Positions 1 to 8,708 are shown, counted from the first letter of the stretch. The stretch is 32,000 nt of DNA from Candidatus Saccharimonadota bacterium (GCA_963718585.1 OY970357.1:270001-302000); one strand, 5' to 3'. Made by a program: numbers and translations. Notes: a model not told the origin generated them from the letters alone.

Positions 1-1
1 C

Positions 2-1207
2 ATGACCCTGTTCGTCATGACCCGGGTCGGATCCCGGTATGAGTCCAAGGACATCAACGGTGCGTCACATTTCATCGAACATCTGATGTTCAAAGGGACG
101 AAAAAGCGGCCGACGACGCTCCATATCTCGCGCGAGCTCGATCGATACGGAGCGGAGTACAACGCGTATACGGACAAAGATGTGACCGCCTATTACGTCA
201 AGATGGATGCGGCACACACACCGCTTGCGGTTGACATCCTGTACGATATGCTCTTTCATTCGACGTACGACCCCAAAGAGATCGATCGCGAACGCGGTGT
301 GATCGTCGAGGAGATCAACATGTATGAGGACAATCCGCAGCGGCATCTCGAAAATCTCCTCGAGGCGAAACTCTTCCCAAGCTCGACGCTCGGATGGGAC
401 ATCGCGGGGCCGCGCGAAGTGATCCGGACCGTGCCGCGGTCCAAGCTCATCGCGTATCGGGATGCGTATTATGTCCCGGAGCGGATGACGGTCATCGTCG
501 CAGGGAAAGTCCAACCCGGGATCTTCGCGCTTTTGGACAAGACTTTTGGCAAGGTCAAGCGCCCGGCGGGCCATGATAAGCCGTTCAAGCCCTTTCCCCC
601 GACCGTTCTGTCGAAAGACGCGGTCGGATATCAGGACAAGGCGACGGAGCAAGTCCAGTTCGCCATGGCGTTCCATGGGCTGAAGATCGGTCATAAAGAC
701 ATTGCCGCCGCGCAGATCCTTGCCAATATCCTGGGTGGGAGCATGTCCTCACGGCTCTTTGTCCAGATCCGGGAACGTCGCGGCCTTTGTTATTCGATCC
801 ACGCCGCGCATCAGGCACGCGAGGACGTCGGGGCGTTCTATATCGAAGCTGGCTTGGACAAGAAGCGATTCAAAGAAGCCGTCACGGCGATCGTCGCTGA
901 GCTGAAGAAGCTCATCAAGGATGGGGTGACCACGGAAGAGCTACGCCGGGCAAAGGATCACGTCCGCGGCAAGACGACGTTGGCCTTCGAAGACTCCGCC
1001 GTGCAGGCAGAGTGGTATGGCAAGCAATGGTTGTTCCAACGGAAGGTCGAGACGCCAGAGGAGCGCATGCGCCGGTATGAAAAGGTCACGCGCGCGGACG
1101 TCCGTCGGATCGCCAAACAGCTTTTTGTTCCGCAACACATGGCTTCGGCCGTGATCGGTCCGTTCGGGGCGAAGCAGAATGTAACGAAATTGATCACTTG
1201 GAAATGA
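2..1207 (+). CDS. M16 (insulinase/pitrilysin-like) zinc peptidase, 5' end cut by window edge
   Basis: ORF open at window start. Inverted zinc motif HFIEH (HxxEH) followed by LMFKGT near the N-terminus. About 400 aa two-lobed length typical of M16. Stop at 1205-1207. Confidence 0.85.
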   Translation: MTLFVMTRVGSRYESKDINGASHFIEHLMFKGTKKRPTTLHISRELDRYGAEYNAYTDKDVTAYYVKMDAAHTPLAVDILYDMLFHSTYDPKEIDRERGVIVEEINMYEDNPQRHLENLLEAKLFPSSTLGWDIAGPREVIRTVPRSKLIAYRDAYYVPERMTVIVAGKVQPGIFALLDKTFGKVKRPAGHDKPFKPFPPTVLSKDAVGYQDKATEQVQFAMAFHGLKIGHKDIAAAQILANILGGSMSSRLFVQIRERRGLCYSIHAAHQAREDVGAFYIEAGLDKKRFKEAVTAIVAELKKLIKDGVTTEELRRAKDHVRGKTTLAFEDSAVQAEWYGKQWLFQRKVETPEERMRRYEKVTRADVRRIAKQLFVPQHMASAVIGPFGAKQNVTKLITWK

Positions 1208-1214
1208 CGCTACT

Positions 1215-1970
1215 ATGAAGAAGATCATCATCGCCAATTGGAAGATGCACTACGGTCCGATCAAGGCGGGCGCGTGGGTCCGCGCGTTCCGACGCGAGCG
1301 ATTGCCGAAGGACTTGGACGTTGCGGTCGCAGTGCCGCACGTCTCACTGGCAGCCGCGCGCGCCTCGTTGGGTCGTGCATCCATCCCGGCATTGGCCGCC
1401 CAAGATGCGTTTTGGGAGGCAGAAGGCGCTTTCACGGGCGAAGTCTCGCCGCCAATGCTGACCGAATTCGGCGTCGAATTTTGTCTCGTCGGCCACAGCG
1501 AACGCCGTACCTTTCTCGGAGAGACGGATGAGATGGTCGCGAAAAAGACCGCAGCACTTCAGAAAGCCGGGATCATGCCGGTCATCTGTGTGGGAGAGAC
1601 GCAGAATCAGCGGCGCCGAGGTGAGGCGTCGAAGGTGGTTCGGACGCAGGTCCAAGCCGCGATCGCACAACTGAAGGGTGACGGACGTGCGCCAGCGTTG
1701 TTCGCCTATGAGCCGATCTGGGCGATCGGGAGCGGTAAGGCCTGTTCAGCCCAGGATGCGAAAGAGATGCACGAGACGATCCGCAAGGTCCTCCGGAAAA
1801 AGTTCGGTGATACCGCTGACCACATTCGCATCCTCTATGGCGGATCAGTGGATCCGCGGAACGTGCTGGAATACATGACCACGACGGGCGTTGACGGCGC
1901 CCTGGTCGGTGGGGCATCCTTGGATCCCCGGAATTTCGGGTTGCTGTGTCGGGCCGCTATTCCGGCCTAG
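1215..1970 (+). CDS. tpiA: triosephosphate isomerase
   Basis: 251 aa with ATG at 1215. Diagnostic motifs IIANWKMH, VGHSERR and YEPIWAIGSG. Confidence 0.95.
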   Translation: MKKIIIANWKMHYGPIKAGAWVRAFRRERLPKDLDVAVAVPHVSLAAARASLGRASIPALAAQDAFWEAEGAFTGEVSPPMLTEFGVEFCLVGHSERRTFLGETDEMVAKKTAALQKAGIMPVICVGETQNQRRRGEASKVVRTQVQAAIAQLKGDGRAPALFAYEPIWAIGSGKACSAQDAKEMHETIRKVLRKKFGDTADHIRILYGGSVDPRNVLEYMTTTGVDGALVGGASLDPRNFGLLCRAAIPA

Positions 1971-1988
1971 GTCGAATTTCCTGACGCA

Positions 1989-2888
1989 TTGCGTCGAACC
2001 ATGATCTATTGGATCACACTCCCCATCGCCGTAGCCGCCATCGTTTTCATCGCGGCGCTTTTCGTGCGGCACTGGAAAGAGATCCGCCTCCTGGATCCGG
2101 ACTCCATCCGGGAAGAGCGAGAAAAGAAGAAGCGCGAAGAGCTCATGTTCCAACGGTTCGATCGGATGCGGAAAGAGAGGGCCGCCCCGATCAAGGCACT
2201 CTTCCAGGGGGCGGTGACGGCGGGGAAGACGTGGTATCACGGGATCTATCTGCGTCTCGTCAAGTTGGAAAAGTTCTATGCGCAGGCGAAGTCCCCATTC
2301 CAGTTCGTCTCCCCTTCGTCCAAGGATCGGTTGAAGCTCGTGTTGGATGAGGCACGATCTCTCGGTCGCGATCTCAAATATGCCGATGCGGAACGTCGGT
2401 ATCTCGAGGCGTTGTCGATCGATCAGCATTGCTGGGAAGCGTACCGCGGTCTCGGAACGATCTATCTCAAGCAAAAGATGTATCCGCAGGCGAAAGAGAC
2501 GTTCGAATTCCTTCTACAGGCAAAGAAAGGGGATGATATCTGTTTTGCGGCTCTCGCGGACATCGCGGAAGCGGAGGAAAACATGTCGCGGGCCGAAGAG
2601 ATGCGGCGTCGTGCCATCGAGTTCCGCCCTCGACTGCCCAACCGTCACGCGGAACTGGCGGAGTTCTATCTGGAACAAGGTCAGCCCACCAAAGCCAAGC
2701 CGTTCATCGAACGGGCGACCGAGCTGGATCCGAAGTCTGCGAGGTATCTTGAACTTTCGCTGGAGACTGCTATACTCCTCGGCGATCGCGCGGAAGCCCA
2801 GCGGCAGTATGATAAACTCCGTCTCGCCTCAGAAGACCGGCCGAAGCTTCAGGCGATCAAGGAGAAGATCGACGCCATGGGTGCTTGA
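1989..2888 (+). CDS. membrane-anchored TPR-repeat protein
   Basis: N-terminal hydrophobic helix (IYWITLPIAVAAIVFIAALFV) followed by TPR-like repeats (AERRYLEALSIDQHCWEAYRGLGTIYLKQKMYPQAKETF...). The track start at 1989 is TTG; the first ATG is at 2001, so the start is uncertain. Confidence 0.7.
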   Translation: MRRTMIYWITLPIAVAAIVFIAALFVRHWKEIRLLDPDSIREEREKKKREELMFQRFDRMRKERAAPIKALFQGAVTAGKTWYHGIYLRLVKLEKFYAQAKSPFQFVSPSSKDRLKLVLDEARSLGRDLKYADAERRYLEALSIDQHCWEAYRGLGTIYLKQKMYPQAKETFEFLLQAKKGDDICFAALADIAEAEENMSRAEEMRRRAIEFRPRLPNRHAELAEFYLEQGQPTKAKPFIERATELDPKSARYLELSLETAILLGDRAEAQRQYDKLRLASEDRPKLQAIKEKIDAMGA

Positions 2889-2985
2889 ACGACCGATCGT
2901 TTCACTCGACGTGTAAGTCAGCAAGCTGTCTTTCACGCCTCGCGAAATGATCGGTAGGTGAACCTCAACACTCCACGTATTCCTC

Positions 2986-3061
2986 GCCGTTGTAGCTCAG
3001 CTGGTAGAGCATCTCCATGGTAAGGAGAAGGTCACCGGTTCAATCCCGGTCAACGGCTCCA
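2986..3061 (+). tRNA. tRNA-Thr (anticodon GGT)
   Basis: Hand-folded cloverleaf: acceptor GCCGTTG/CAACGGC, D arm GCTC..GAGC, anticodon arm TCTCC-ATGGTAA-GGAGA, T arm ACCGG-TTCAATC-CCGGT, encoded CCA. 76 nt. Confidence 0.9.
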
Positions 3062-3161
3062 TCTCGCTTCGTCCGTCAACGCGGATGAAGCGGGTCCAAA
3101 AGGAAAGATGGTTCACTCTGTGTTCCTTCTCGCGCAGCGAGCTCGTGAACAGCGTGAACAT

Positions 3162-3247
3162 GGGCAGGTACCGAAGCGGTCAAACGGGGCAGACTGTAAA
3201 TCTGCTGGCATTCGCCTTCCAAGGTTCGAATCCTTGCCTGCCCACCA
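3162..3247 (+). tRNA. tRNA-Tyr (anticodon GTA), class II long variable arm
   Basis: Acceptor GGGCAGG/CCTGCCC, anticodon arm CAGAC-TGTAAAT-CTGCT, 13-nt variable arm, T arm CAAGG-TTCGAAT-CCTTG, encoded CCA. 86 nt, collinear with E. coli tRNA-Tyr as I recall it. Confidence 0.9.
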
Positions 3248-3278
3248 TGAAAACACGACCCTCAGGTCGTGTTTTCAT
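3247..3278 (+). terminator. rho-independent terminator after tRNA-Tyr
   Basis: Core stem CACGACC / GGTCGTG with loop CTCA, followed by TTTTCATAT. The extended stem (ATGAAAAC../..GTTTTCAT) reaches into the last base of the CCA. Confidence 0.6.
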
Positions 3279-3298
3279 ATACGCAAGGATCAGAACGA

Positions 3299-3829
3299 CT
3301 AACCTGACGACTTCACGAGTAGATCGAAGACGAATCGTGCGAACGGGTCTACATCCGGACCGAGGGCCAGCGCGCCACCAAGTGCGCCGGTGACCGTGAC
3401 CGCCGTGAGACCGACCACGGCGAGGAAGCCCATGAACGCCCCGGATCGCACAAGACCGTCGCAAAAGGCTGCGGTCTCATTTGCCGCCTGCATGGCCGCA
3501 TATCTACTCTGTTCCCAGCGACCCGTGATCTGTGAGCGATAAAGGAGAGAGAGGATGTAGATGGCTGCGATGAGCGCGACGATGATGAGCGTTCCCGTCG
3601 CCCATTGCTGGTGGACGTCCGTCAGCGCACTTTGGAACTGGGGCTTGATCGCATTTCCTGCGAGATATGCCGCATCGGCACCGAGCGAACCCGTGATGGC
3701 GAGCAGGGCTTTGGTCCGGTACCAAAAATCGGTCCGGAACTTCGGGTGGATCCGTGCCACCTCGATCGCGGCGTAGACCGTGAAGAGCGCGATCGGGAAG
3801 TGGACCAGGATCGGGTGGACGTTCAACAT
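3299..3829 (-). CDS. DUF2231-like integral membrane protein
   Basis: Trimmed to the internal ATG at 3829 (MLNVHPILVHFPIALFTVYAAIE...). About 4 hydrophobic helices, and an HPxLVHFPIA motif that I associate with DUF2231. The upstream 53 codons of the track ORF are non-hydrophobic and Arg/Ser-rich. Confidence 0.6.
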   Translation of the reverse strand: MLNVHPILVHFPIALFTVYAAIEVARIHPKFRTDFWYRTKALLAITGSLGADAAYLAGNAIKPQFQSALTDVHQQWATGTLIIVALIAAIYILSLLYRSQITGRWEQSRYAAMQAANETAAFCDGLVRSGAFMGFLAVVGLTAVTVTGALGGALALGPDVDPFARFVFDLLVKSSG

Positions 3830-3859
3830 ACGCACGGATTCTACGGTACGTGCAGGGCC

Positions 3860-3888
3860 TTGAGAAGGTCGTTGGTGCGTGCTATCAT
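3860..3888 (+). promoter_or_regulatory. putative sigma70-type promoter (TTGAGA-17 nt-TATCAT with TGc extension)
   Basis: TTGAGA at 3860-3865, 17-nt spacer, TGcTATCAT at 3880-3888. It lies in the divergent gap between the DUF2231 and NUDIX genes and would give a leader of about 135 nt before ATG 4030. Confidence 0.35.
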
Positions 3889-4029
3889 CCTGCACGGATA
3901 TTTGCCGGAAGATCGAACTCTTTCGGGTGTGGATCCCTTGCGGATCCAACCCTGCCGAGAGACGGAGGATCTTCCGACAAGTGTCCAAAGAATCACTTAT
4001 TCCTGCACGGCAGGATATTCCTATTTTCT

Positions 4030-4584
4030 ATGGAACAACTTGAGATCGTCCGCGAGAGCGATGGTCTTCCACTCGGGATCTATCTCCCGCGCAACGAGGT
4101 CATCGGCCACGGGGCCTGGGTCCGCTCGACGAACGTCTTCATCCTCAATGCGTCAGGCGAGGTCTTGTGCCATCAGCGGTCGCAGGAAAAAGAGCGTTTT
4201 CCAGGGACGTGGTGTACGCACCTTGGCGGACATGTGGGGAAAGGGGAGAGCTACGAGTCTAATGCCCTGAAGGAGACGCGGGAAGAGTCGGGGATCGACC
4301 TTGACCCGTCCCAGCTCCTCGCATGGCGAACGACGCGACTGGCCTCTGCCCGTCTCTGGGTCCGGGAATTCGTGGCCATTGTCGACGCACCGATTGAGGA
4401 TCTGACCCCGCAGCCCGGCGAAGTCGATCGTTTTGTCTGGAAACGGCCTGAGAACATCCTCTGGGAGGCGCTTCACGATCCGACATCGTGGTGTGTCGGA
4501 ACACTGGATTTTCGGGTCGAATACGAATGCATGCGCGCGGTATTGACCGCCGTGCACGGAGAGCGGCGCGTCCAGGCCGTCTAA
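4030..4584 (+). CDS. NUDIX hydrolase
   Basis: Trimmed to ATG 4030 (MEQLEIVRESDG...). Nudix box GHVGKGESYESNALKETREESGI fits GX5EX7REUXEEXGU, with K in place of the first R. Confidence 0.8.
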   Translation: MEQLEIVRESDGLPLGIYLPRNEVIGHGAWVRSTNVFILNASGEVLCHQRSQEKERFPGTWCTHLGGHVGKGESYESNALKETREESGIDLDPSQLLAWRTTRLASARLWVREFVAIVDAPIEDLTPQPGEVDRFVWKRPENILWEALHDPTSWCVGTLDFRVEYECMRAVLTAVHGERRVQAV

Positions 4585-4604
4585 GGCCGGAAATCCCGTC
4601 TCCG

Positions 4605-4633
4605 TTGACAGAAAGGCCGCCGTCCGCTATTCT
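4605..4633 (+). promoter_or_regulatory. putative promoter of the tRNA-Thr/rpmG unit (TTGACA-17 nt-TATTCT)
   Basis: Consensus -35 TTGACA at 4605-4610, exact 17-nt spacer, -10 TATTCT at 4628-4633, about 70 nt upstream of the tRNA. Confidence 0.45.
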
Positions 4634-4702
4634 CTGCGTGCCTTTCAACGCAGATCCCGGATGCTGGCTCTAAGGTCAGCGGCGCATCCCGCCTTCGCCT
4701 GA

Positions 4703-4777
4703 GCCCGTGTAGCTCAGTGGCAGAGCAACGGTTTTGTAAACCGTAGGTCGTGGGTTCGATCCCCACCGCGGGCTCCA
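4703..4777 (+). tRNA. tRNA-Thr (anticodon TGT)
   Basis: Acceptor GCCCGTG/CGCGGGC, anticodon arm ACGGT-TTTGTAA-ACCGT, T arm GTGGG-TTCGATC-CCCAC, encoded CCA. 75 nt. Confidence 0.9.
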
Positions 4778-4823
4778 CCGAAGTCAGGAGGACTTTTATC
4801 CGGACGTTGCATACCCCTATCTT

Positions 4824-4979
4824 ATGTCACAAGACAATCTCATCAAGTTCGAGTGTACCCAGTGCCGCAGGATCAATTACCACTCGTCCAAGAACAAGAA
4901 GACCATCAAGGCACGCCTTGAGCTCTCCAAGTTCTGCAAGTCGTGTAAAAAGCACACGCCACATAAGGAGACGAAGTAA
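4824..4979 (+). CDS. rpmG: 50S ribosomal protein L33
   Basis: 51-aa ORF missing from the track because it is under 60 aa: [51 protein letters not shown]. Zinc-ribbon form of L33 (CxxC...CxxC, HKE near the C-terminus). TAA at 4977-4979. Confidence 0.9.
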   Translation: MSQDNLIKFECTQCRRINYHSSKNKKTIKARLELSKFCKSCKKHTPHKETK

Positions 4980-4983
4980 CGGA

Positions 4984-5011
4984 CCGCCCTCCAAACCCTG
5001 AGGGCGGTTTT
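4984..5011 (+). terminator. rho-independent terminator after rpmG
   Basis: Stem CCGCCCT / AGGGCGG with a 10-nt loop, followed by TTTT. Confidence 0.6.
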
Positions 5012-5027
5012 CGGTTATACTGGACCC

Positions 5028-5345
5028 ATGCGCTTTCCTTCTCCACCGCCCCTCAAGCCGAAACGTCGTTTTCCTGTCATCTCCATGCAGCGAGCGCCGC
5101 GACGGATGGTCTGGTTCATCCTCGGGGTTTCCATCAGTTTTTGGCTCATCATCATCGTCGGAGGCGCATCGCTCGCCTTGGCGTTGACGCCGGCCGTGTG
5201 GAGTGGACGCTCCTGGTCCGGCTTCGTCGTCCCGATCGTCTTGGTTGTCACGCTCTGGACCGGTGTCGGTCTGGGTTGGCGTCTCGGGAAAGCCGTCCTC
5301 GTCCGTCTCCTTTCTCGCTATATCGATATCACCCATCCCGTATGA
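5028..5345 (+). CDS. small membrane protein (2 predicted TM helices), hypothetical
   Basis: 105 aa with two hydrophobic segments (MVWFILGVSISFWLIIIVGGASLALAL; FVVPIVLVVTLWTGVGLGW). Its TGA at 5343-5345 overlaps the ATG at 5342 of the next gene. Confidence 0.5.
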   Translation: MRFPSPPPLKPKRRFPVISMQRAPRRMVWFILGVSISFWLIIIVGGASLALALTPAVWSGRSWSGFVVPIVLVVTLWTGVGLGWRLGKAVLVRLLSRYIDITHPV

Positions 5346-5911
5346 CCGAAACGTCTATTCCATATCCTGAACTCGTTTTCCGTTCCCTGGAACTCGCCGC
5401 CCAATGGCATATGGGCCAATGGCGTAAGCATCCGGACGAGAAGATCCCATACATCGCTCATCCGGCTGGTGTCGGCTTGTTGTTGGCACGTCATGGATAC
5501 GACGATGAGGTCGTGTCCGCGGGGATCCTGCATGACGTGATCGAGGACTGCGGAGTCACGAAGGAGGATCTGGCAGAAGCGACGACGCCGCGGGTCGCGG
5601 ATCTGGTCGCCTGGGTCAGCGAACCGCCCAAGACCGTCGACGTAGAAGAGCGAAAAGCGCAGTATCGCGAACAGCTCGCCGATGCGCCGGTGGATGCTTT
5701 GGCCATCAAGGCGTGTGACTGCATCGCCAATCTGGGTAGCCTGCTCCGCGCGTCGCAAGCGACGGATGAGGTTTGGGCGCTATTCCATCAGGGGCGAGAA
5801 GCGAAGTTGGCGCACGAGCATGCGGTTCTGGACATCGTCACACGACGTTTGGACGGCCCGCTGGCGGAGATGCATCAGAGCATTCTCGAACACGTCGAAT
5901 CGATCCCGTGA
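5342..5911 (+). CDS. HD-domain phosphohydrolase, RelA/SpoT-hydrolase-like (HD_4 / small alarmone hydrolase-like)
   Basis: Trimmed to ATG 5342 (MTETSIPYPE...). Pattern AAQWHMGQWRK...IPYIAHPAGVGLLL...AGILHDVIEDCGVT...VADLVAWVSE resembles the (p)ppGpp-hydrolase HD fold (H..HD..D). Confidence 0.7.
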   Translation: MTETSIPYPELVFRSLELAAQWHMGQWRKHPDEKIPYIAHPAGVGLLLARHGYDDEVVSAGILHDVIEDCGVTKEDLAEATTPRVADLVAWVSEPPKTVDVEERKAQYREQLADAPVDALAIKACDCIANLGSLLRASQATDEVWALFHQGREAKLAHEHAVLDIVTRRLDGPLAEMHQSILEHVESIP

Positions 5912-5913
5912 GT

Positions 5914-7416
5914 ATGCGAGAAAAACCACCGTCCTGCGTCACTGCGACGGATATCTATAAGTATATCCAGTGTCCGCATTGGCCATATTACGATCATCAC
6001 GCGACCCCAGCGGAACGGAAGAAAGAGCGCGCAGCGACGGAGGGAGAGGTACAACGGCGCGAAGACGGGATCGTCCACGAGACGGTAGCGATCGAAAAGT
6101 ACGCCGCCGAAGCGGGAGCGCGTATGGAAGAGGTCGCCGTCAAAGGCGATGCAGAAGCGGTCTTTGCGCGGACGATCGCACTCATGGAGGCGGGAACGCC
6201 GCTGATCTATCAAGGTATGCTCATTTTTGGTGACCTCCGTGGCCGACCGGATCTCTTGGAACGCAGGTCGGGGACAAGTAGGTTCGGGGATTGGATGTAT
6301 GTCCCCATCGACGTGAAGTCTTCCCATGACCTCTCCAAGTATCAGAAGCTTCAACTGACGTTCTATGCATTGCTTTTGGAAGCGGTTCAAGGGGTCTTCC
6401 CTCCGGAAGCGGTGATCATCAACCGGGATCATGTCTGCCTTCCGTTAGACCCCGTTGAAACGAAGATCGAGTGCAAGAAGGTCATCCGTGCGCTTACGGA
6501 GGAGATCCTGGGAGCGGTCAAGCCAGATCCGGTCTTGCGGAAATCCTGCCACGATATCGGGGTGTGGGGCAGACTCTGCGAAGCGGATGCGGAAAAGAAC
6601 AAAGATATCGCATTGTTGTACAACGTAAATGTTCAAAAGCTCCATTCATTGCGTACGCTTGGTATTCGGACCGTGGATGAAGCGGCGGAGATGGATCCGC
6701 AGGCGTTTGTCGGCGCCGCACCGGGATTGACCCTCCACGGGCTCGAGACGATCAAACGACAGGCACGATCATTGAAGGAGGAAAGCGTCCTCATTCGTAA
6801 AGCGGTCGAGCTCCCGATGGAGGGATGGGAGATCCATTTTGATATTGAAAGTGATCCACCGAATGACGTGGACTATCTGTACGGATTCTTGATCCGGCGT
6901 CCGGACGGATCGGAAGAATACCTGCCGTTCGTCGCGGAGACCTTGGAGCAGGAAGGGGAGATGTGGCGTCAATTCCTCGCGTGGCTTGAGACCCTTCCGA
7001 TGGAATATACGGTCTACCATTTCGGTGTCTATGAGGTCACGCGATTGCGGACGTTGGAAGAACGGTATGGAGGAAGTCATTGGCTTGATGCGTTCCGGGA
7101 AAGGATGACGGATCTCAAACCATTGACCACGTCGAGCGTGACCTTCCCCATCTATTTTTACGGGTTGAAATATATCGAAAGATTTCTCGGCTTCCGGTGG
7201 CGGAGCGAGGTGAAAAGCGGCGGACAGTCCGTCGATGCCTTTGAAAGATATCTCGAGACCGGAGATCGGAAGATCCTTGATGCGATCATCCTCTACAACG
7301 AGGACGATGTCCGGGCGACGGCACACCTGAAGGATTGGTTGGCGCGATACGCGCGTGAGATCACGGAATACGAGCCGCCCTTCCCGTGGAAGAAGAGACG
7401 GAAAAGTGCTGAATAG
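5914..7416 (+). CDS. TM0106-family RecB/Cas4-like PD-(D/E)xK nuclease fused to an RNase H-fold (YprB-like) exonuclease domain
   Basis: Trimmed to ATG 5914, 2 nt after the HD-gene stop. N-terminus ITATDIYKYIQCPHW, nuclease core GRPDLL...YVPIDVKSS, and Cys pair SCHDIGVWGRLC. C-terminal half HFDIESDP...YLYGF...YHFGVYE...YNEDDVRAT is typical of the DEDD/RNase H-like part of this family. Confidence 0.7.
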   Translation: MREKPPSCVTATDIYKYIQCPHWPYYDHHATPAERKKERAATEGEVQRREDGIVHETVAIEKYAAEAGARMEEVAVKGDAEAVFARTIALMEAGTPLIYQGMLIFGDLRGRPDLLERRSGTSRFGDWMYVPIDVKSSHDLSKYQKLQLTFYALLLEAVQGVFPPEAVIINRDHVCLPLDPVETKIECKKVIRALTEEILGAVKPDPVLRKSCHDIGVWGRLCEADAEKNKDIALLYNVNVQKLHSLRTLGIRTVDEAAEMDPQAFVGAAPGLTLHGLETIKRQARSLKEESVLIRKAVELPMEGWEIHFDIESDPPNDVDYLYGFLIRRPDGSEEYLPFVAETLEQEGEMWRQFLAWLETLPMEYTVYHFGVYEVTRLRTLEERYGGSHWLDAFRERMTDLKPLTTSSVTFPIYFYGLKYIERFLGFRWRSEVKSGGQSVDAFERYLETGDRKILDAIILYNEDDVRATAHLKDWLARYAREITEYEPPFPWKKRRKSAE

Positions 7417-7424
7417 AAGCGTTT

Positions 7425-8663
7425 TCAGTGTACGTGGATGTGCGGTTGGCGATGCGGACCATCAGCGGCGGTCTTCGTCGTCCGACGGAAGCGGAGGGCG
7501 AACCACGCGGCGAGCAGGGCCGTGATCGGGACCGTGAAGACGAGTCCGATCGTCCCCGCGAGCGAGCGAACGACCTCGTCCACGACCGAATCGAAGTTCA
7601 GGAACTTGGCCCAGGATCCGCCGTATTGGCTGTAGAGGAGAAGAGTGGAAAGGGATGCACCGACGTAGGCGAAAACGAGCGTGTTGGCGAGGGCGCCCAT
7701 GTGATCGCGGCCCACGACCATGCCGGATCGGAATAATTGTTTGAAGCCGAGATTCGGATTGGCTTGTCTGACCTCGATGACGCCGGAGGCAATGGAGACA
7801 GCGACGTCTTCGACAACGCCGAGGGATGCGATGATGATCCCGGCGAACAATAACCCCCTAGGATTGAGGAGCGGATTCTGATCGAAGAAGAGACGGTCTT
7901 CTTCGGTCGAGAGTCCGGAGAGATGCGCCCAGGAACCGAAGATCCGCGAGATGAGATATGCGACGAGCACGCCGCCCAGCGTCCCGATGACCGTGACGAA
8001 ACTCTTTCGGTTCCATCCGATGCTCAAGACGGATGAGAGCGCTGCGAGGACGACGGCGAGGGCCATGGCGACCGGGATCGGATCCATGCCATGCAAGAAG
8101 GCCGGGATGAGCACGAGTCCGATCAAGAGGACGGAGATGATGATCGAGGAGGCGATCTTGAATCCCTGCCATCCGGCGAGGAGGACCATGGTCCCAAAGA
8201 ACAATGCAATGAGCCAATAGATGGCTCCACGGCGATCATAGCTCTCAAGATAGGGGAGCGGCTCGCCGCCGTTCGGATCGGGCTGGAGATTGACGATGAC
8301 CTTGTCACCGACCTGAGGCGTCAATCCGTACGGATTCGTAGACACGTCGCTCGACAGGGTGCGGGTCTGGCCGTTCAGCGGGCCGGACCGGAACTCCACA
8401 TCGTAACTTTTCAGCTGTTGTTCACCGCTGGAGGTTTCTTGGGTCGTTGTCTTCACGGCGGTCACGATGCCACTTTCATACGTCCCAGCCGCGGCGGAAT
8501 TCGTGTTCCCGCCTTCGTTCTTCAGCGTTGTGGTATCCACGATCGTGGGAGAATTCGCCGCCGAGGGATCTGTCGGTGTTGCTGTGGTGTCTGCCAAGAC
8601 TACTCCTGGGAGCAGGGTCAAGGAGAGGAGGATGGACAGGAGGATCTTGGAGAGTCGTGGCAT
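7425..8663 (-). CDS. YibE/F-family polytopic membrane protein with N-terminal secreted domain
   Basis: Signal peptide MPRLSKILLSILLSLTLLPGVVLA, Thr/Ser-rich extracytoplasmic region, then multiple TM helices. The C-terminal VVEDVAVSIASGV...GRDHMGALANTLVFAYVGASL matches my recollection of YibE/F. Confidence 0.65.
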   Translation of the reverse strand: MPRLSKILLSILLSLTLLPGVVLADTTATPTDPSAANSPTIVDTTTLKNEGGNTNSAAAGTYESGIVTAVKTTTQETSSGEQQLKSYDVEFRSGPLNGQTRTLSSDVSTNPYGLTPQVGDKVIVNLQPDPNGGEPLPYLESYDRRGAIYWLIALFFGTMVLLAGWQGFKIASSIIISVLLIGLVLIPAFLHGMDPIPVAMALAVVLAALSSVLSIGWNRKSFVTVIGTLGGVLVAYLISRIFGSWAHLSGLSTEEDRLFFDQNPLLNPRGLLFAGIIIASLGVVEDVAVSIASGVIEVRQANPNLGFKQLFRSGMVVGRDHMGALANTLVFAYVGASLSTLLLYSQYGGSWAKFLNFDSVVDEVVRSLAGTIGLVFTVPITALLAAWFALRFRRTTKTAADGPHRQPHIHVH

Positions 8664-8708
8664 ATCTCACGCATTGTGTGCTGGATGCGGGCGTCGGTCA
8701 AAAGGTGA

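Noticed and set aside
3850-4029. GTG-initiated 60-codon N-terminal extension of the NUDIX ORF. Similar upstream extensions occur for the HD gene (5141), the nuclease (5773) and murF (15196).
   Set aside because: The extensions overlap the preceding genes or promoter-like sequence and are Arg/Gly/Ser-rich. They precede internal ATGs that coincide with the start of family-typical sequence and with ATGA or abutting junctions.
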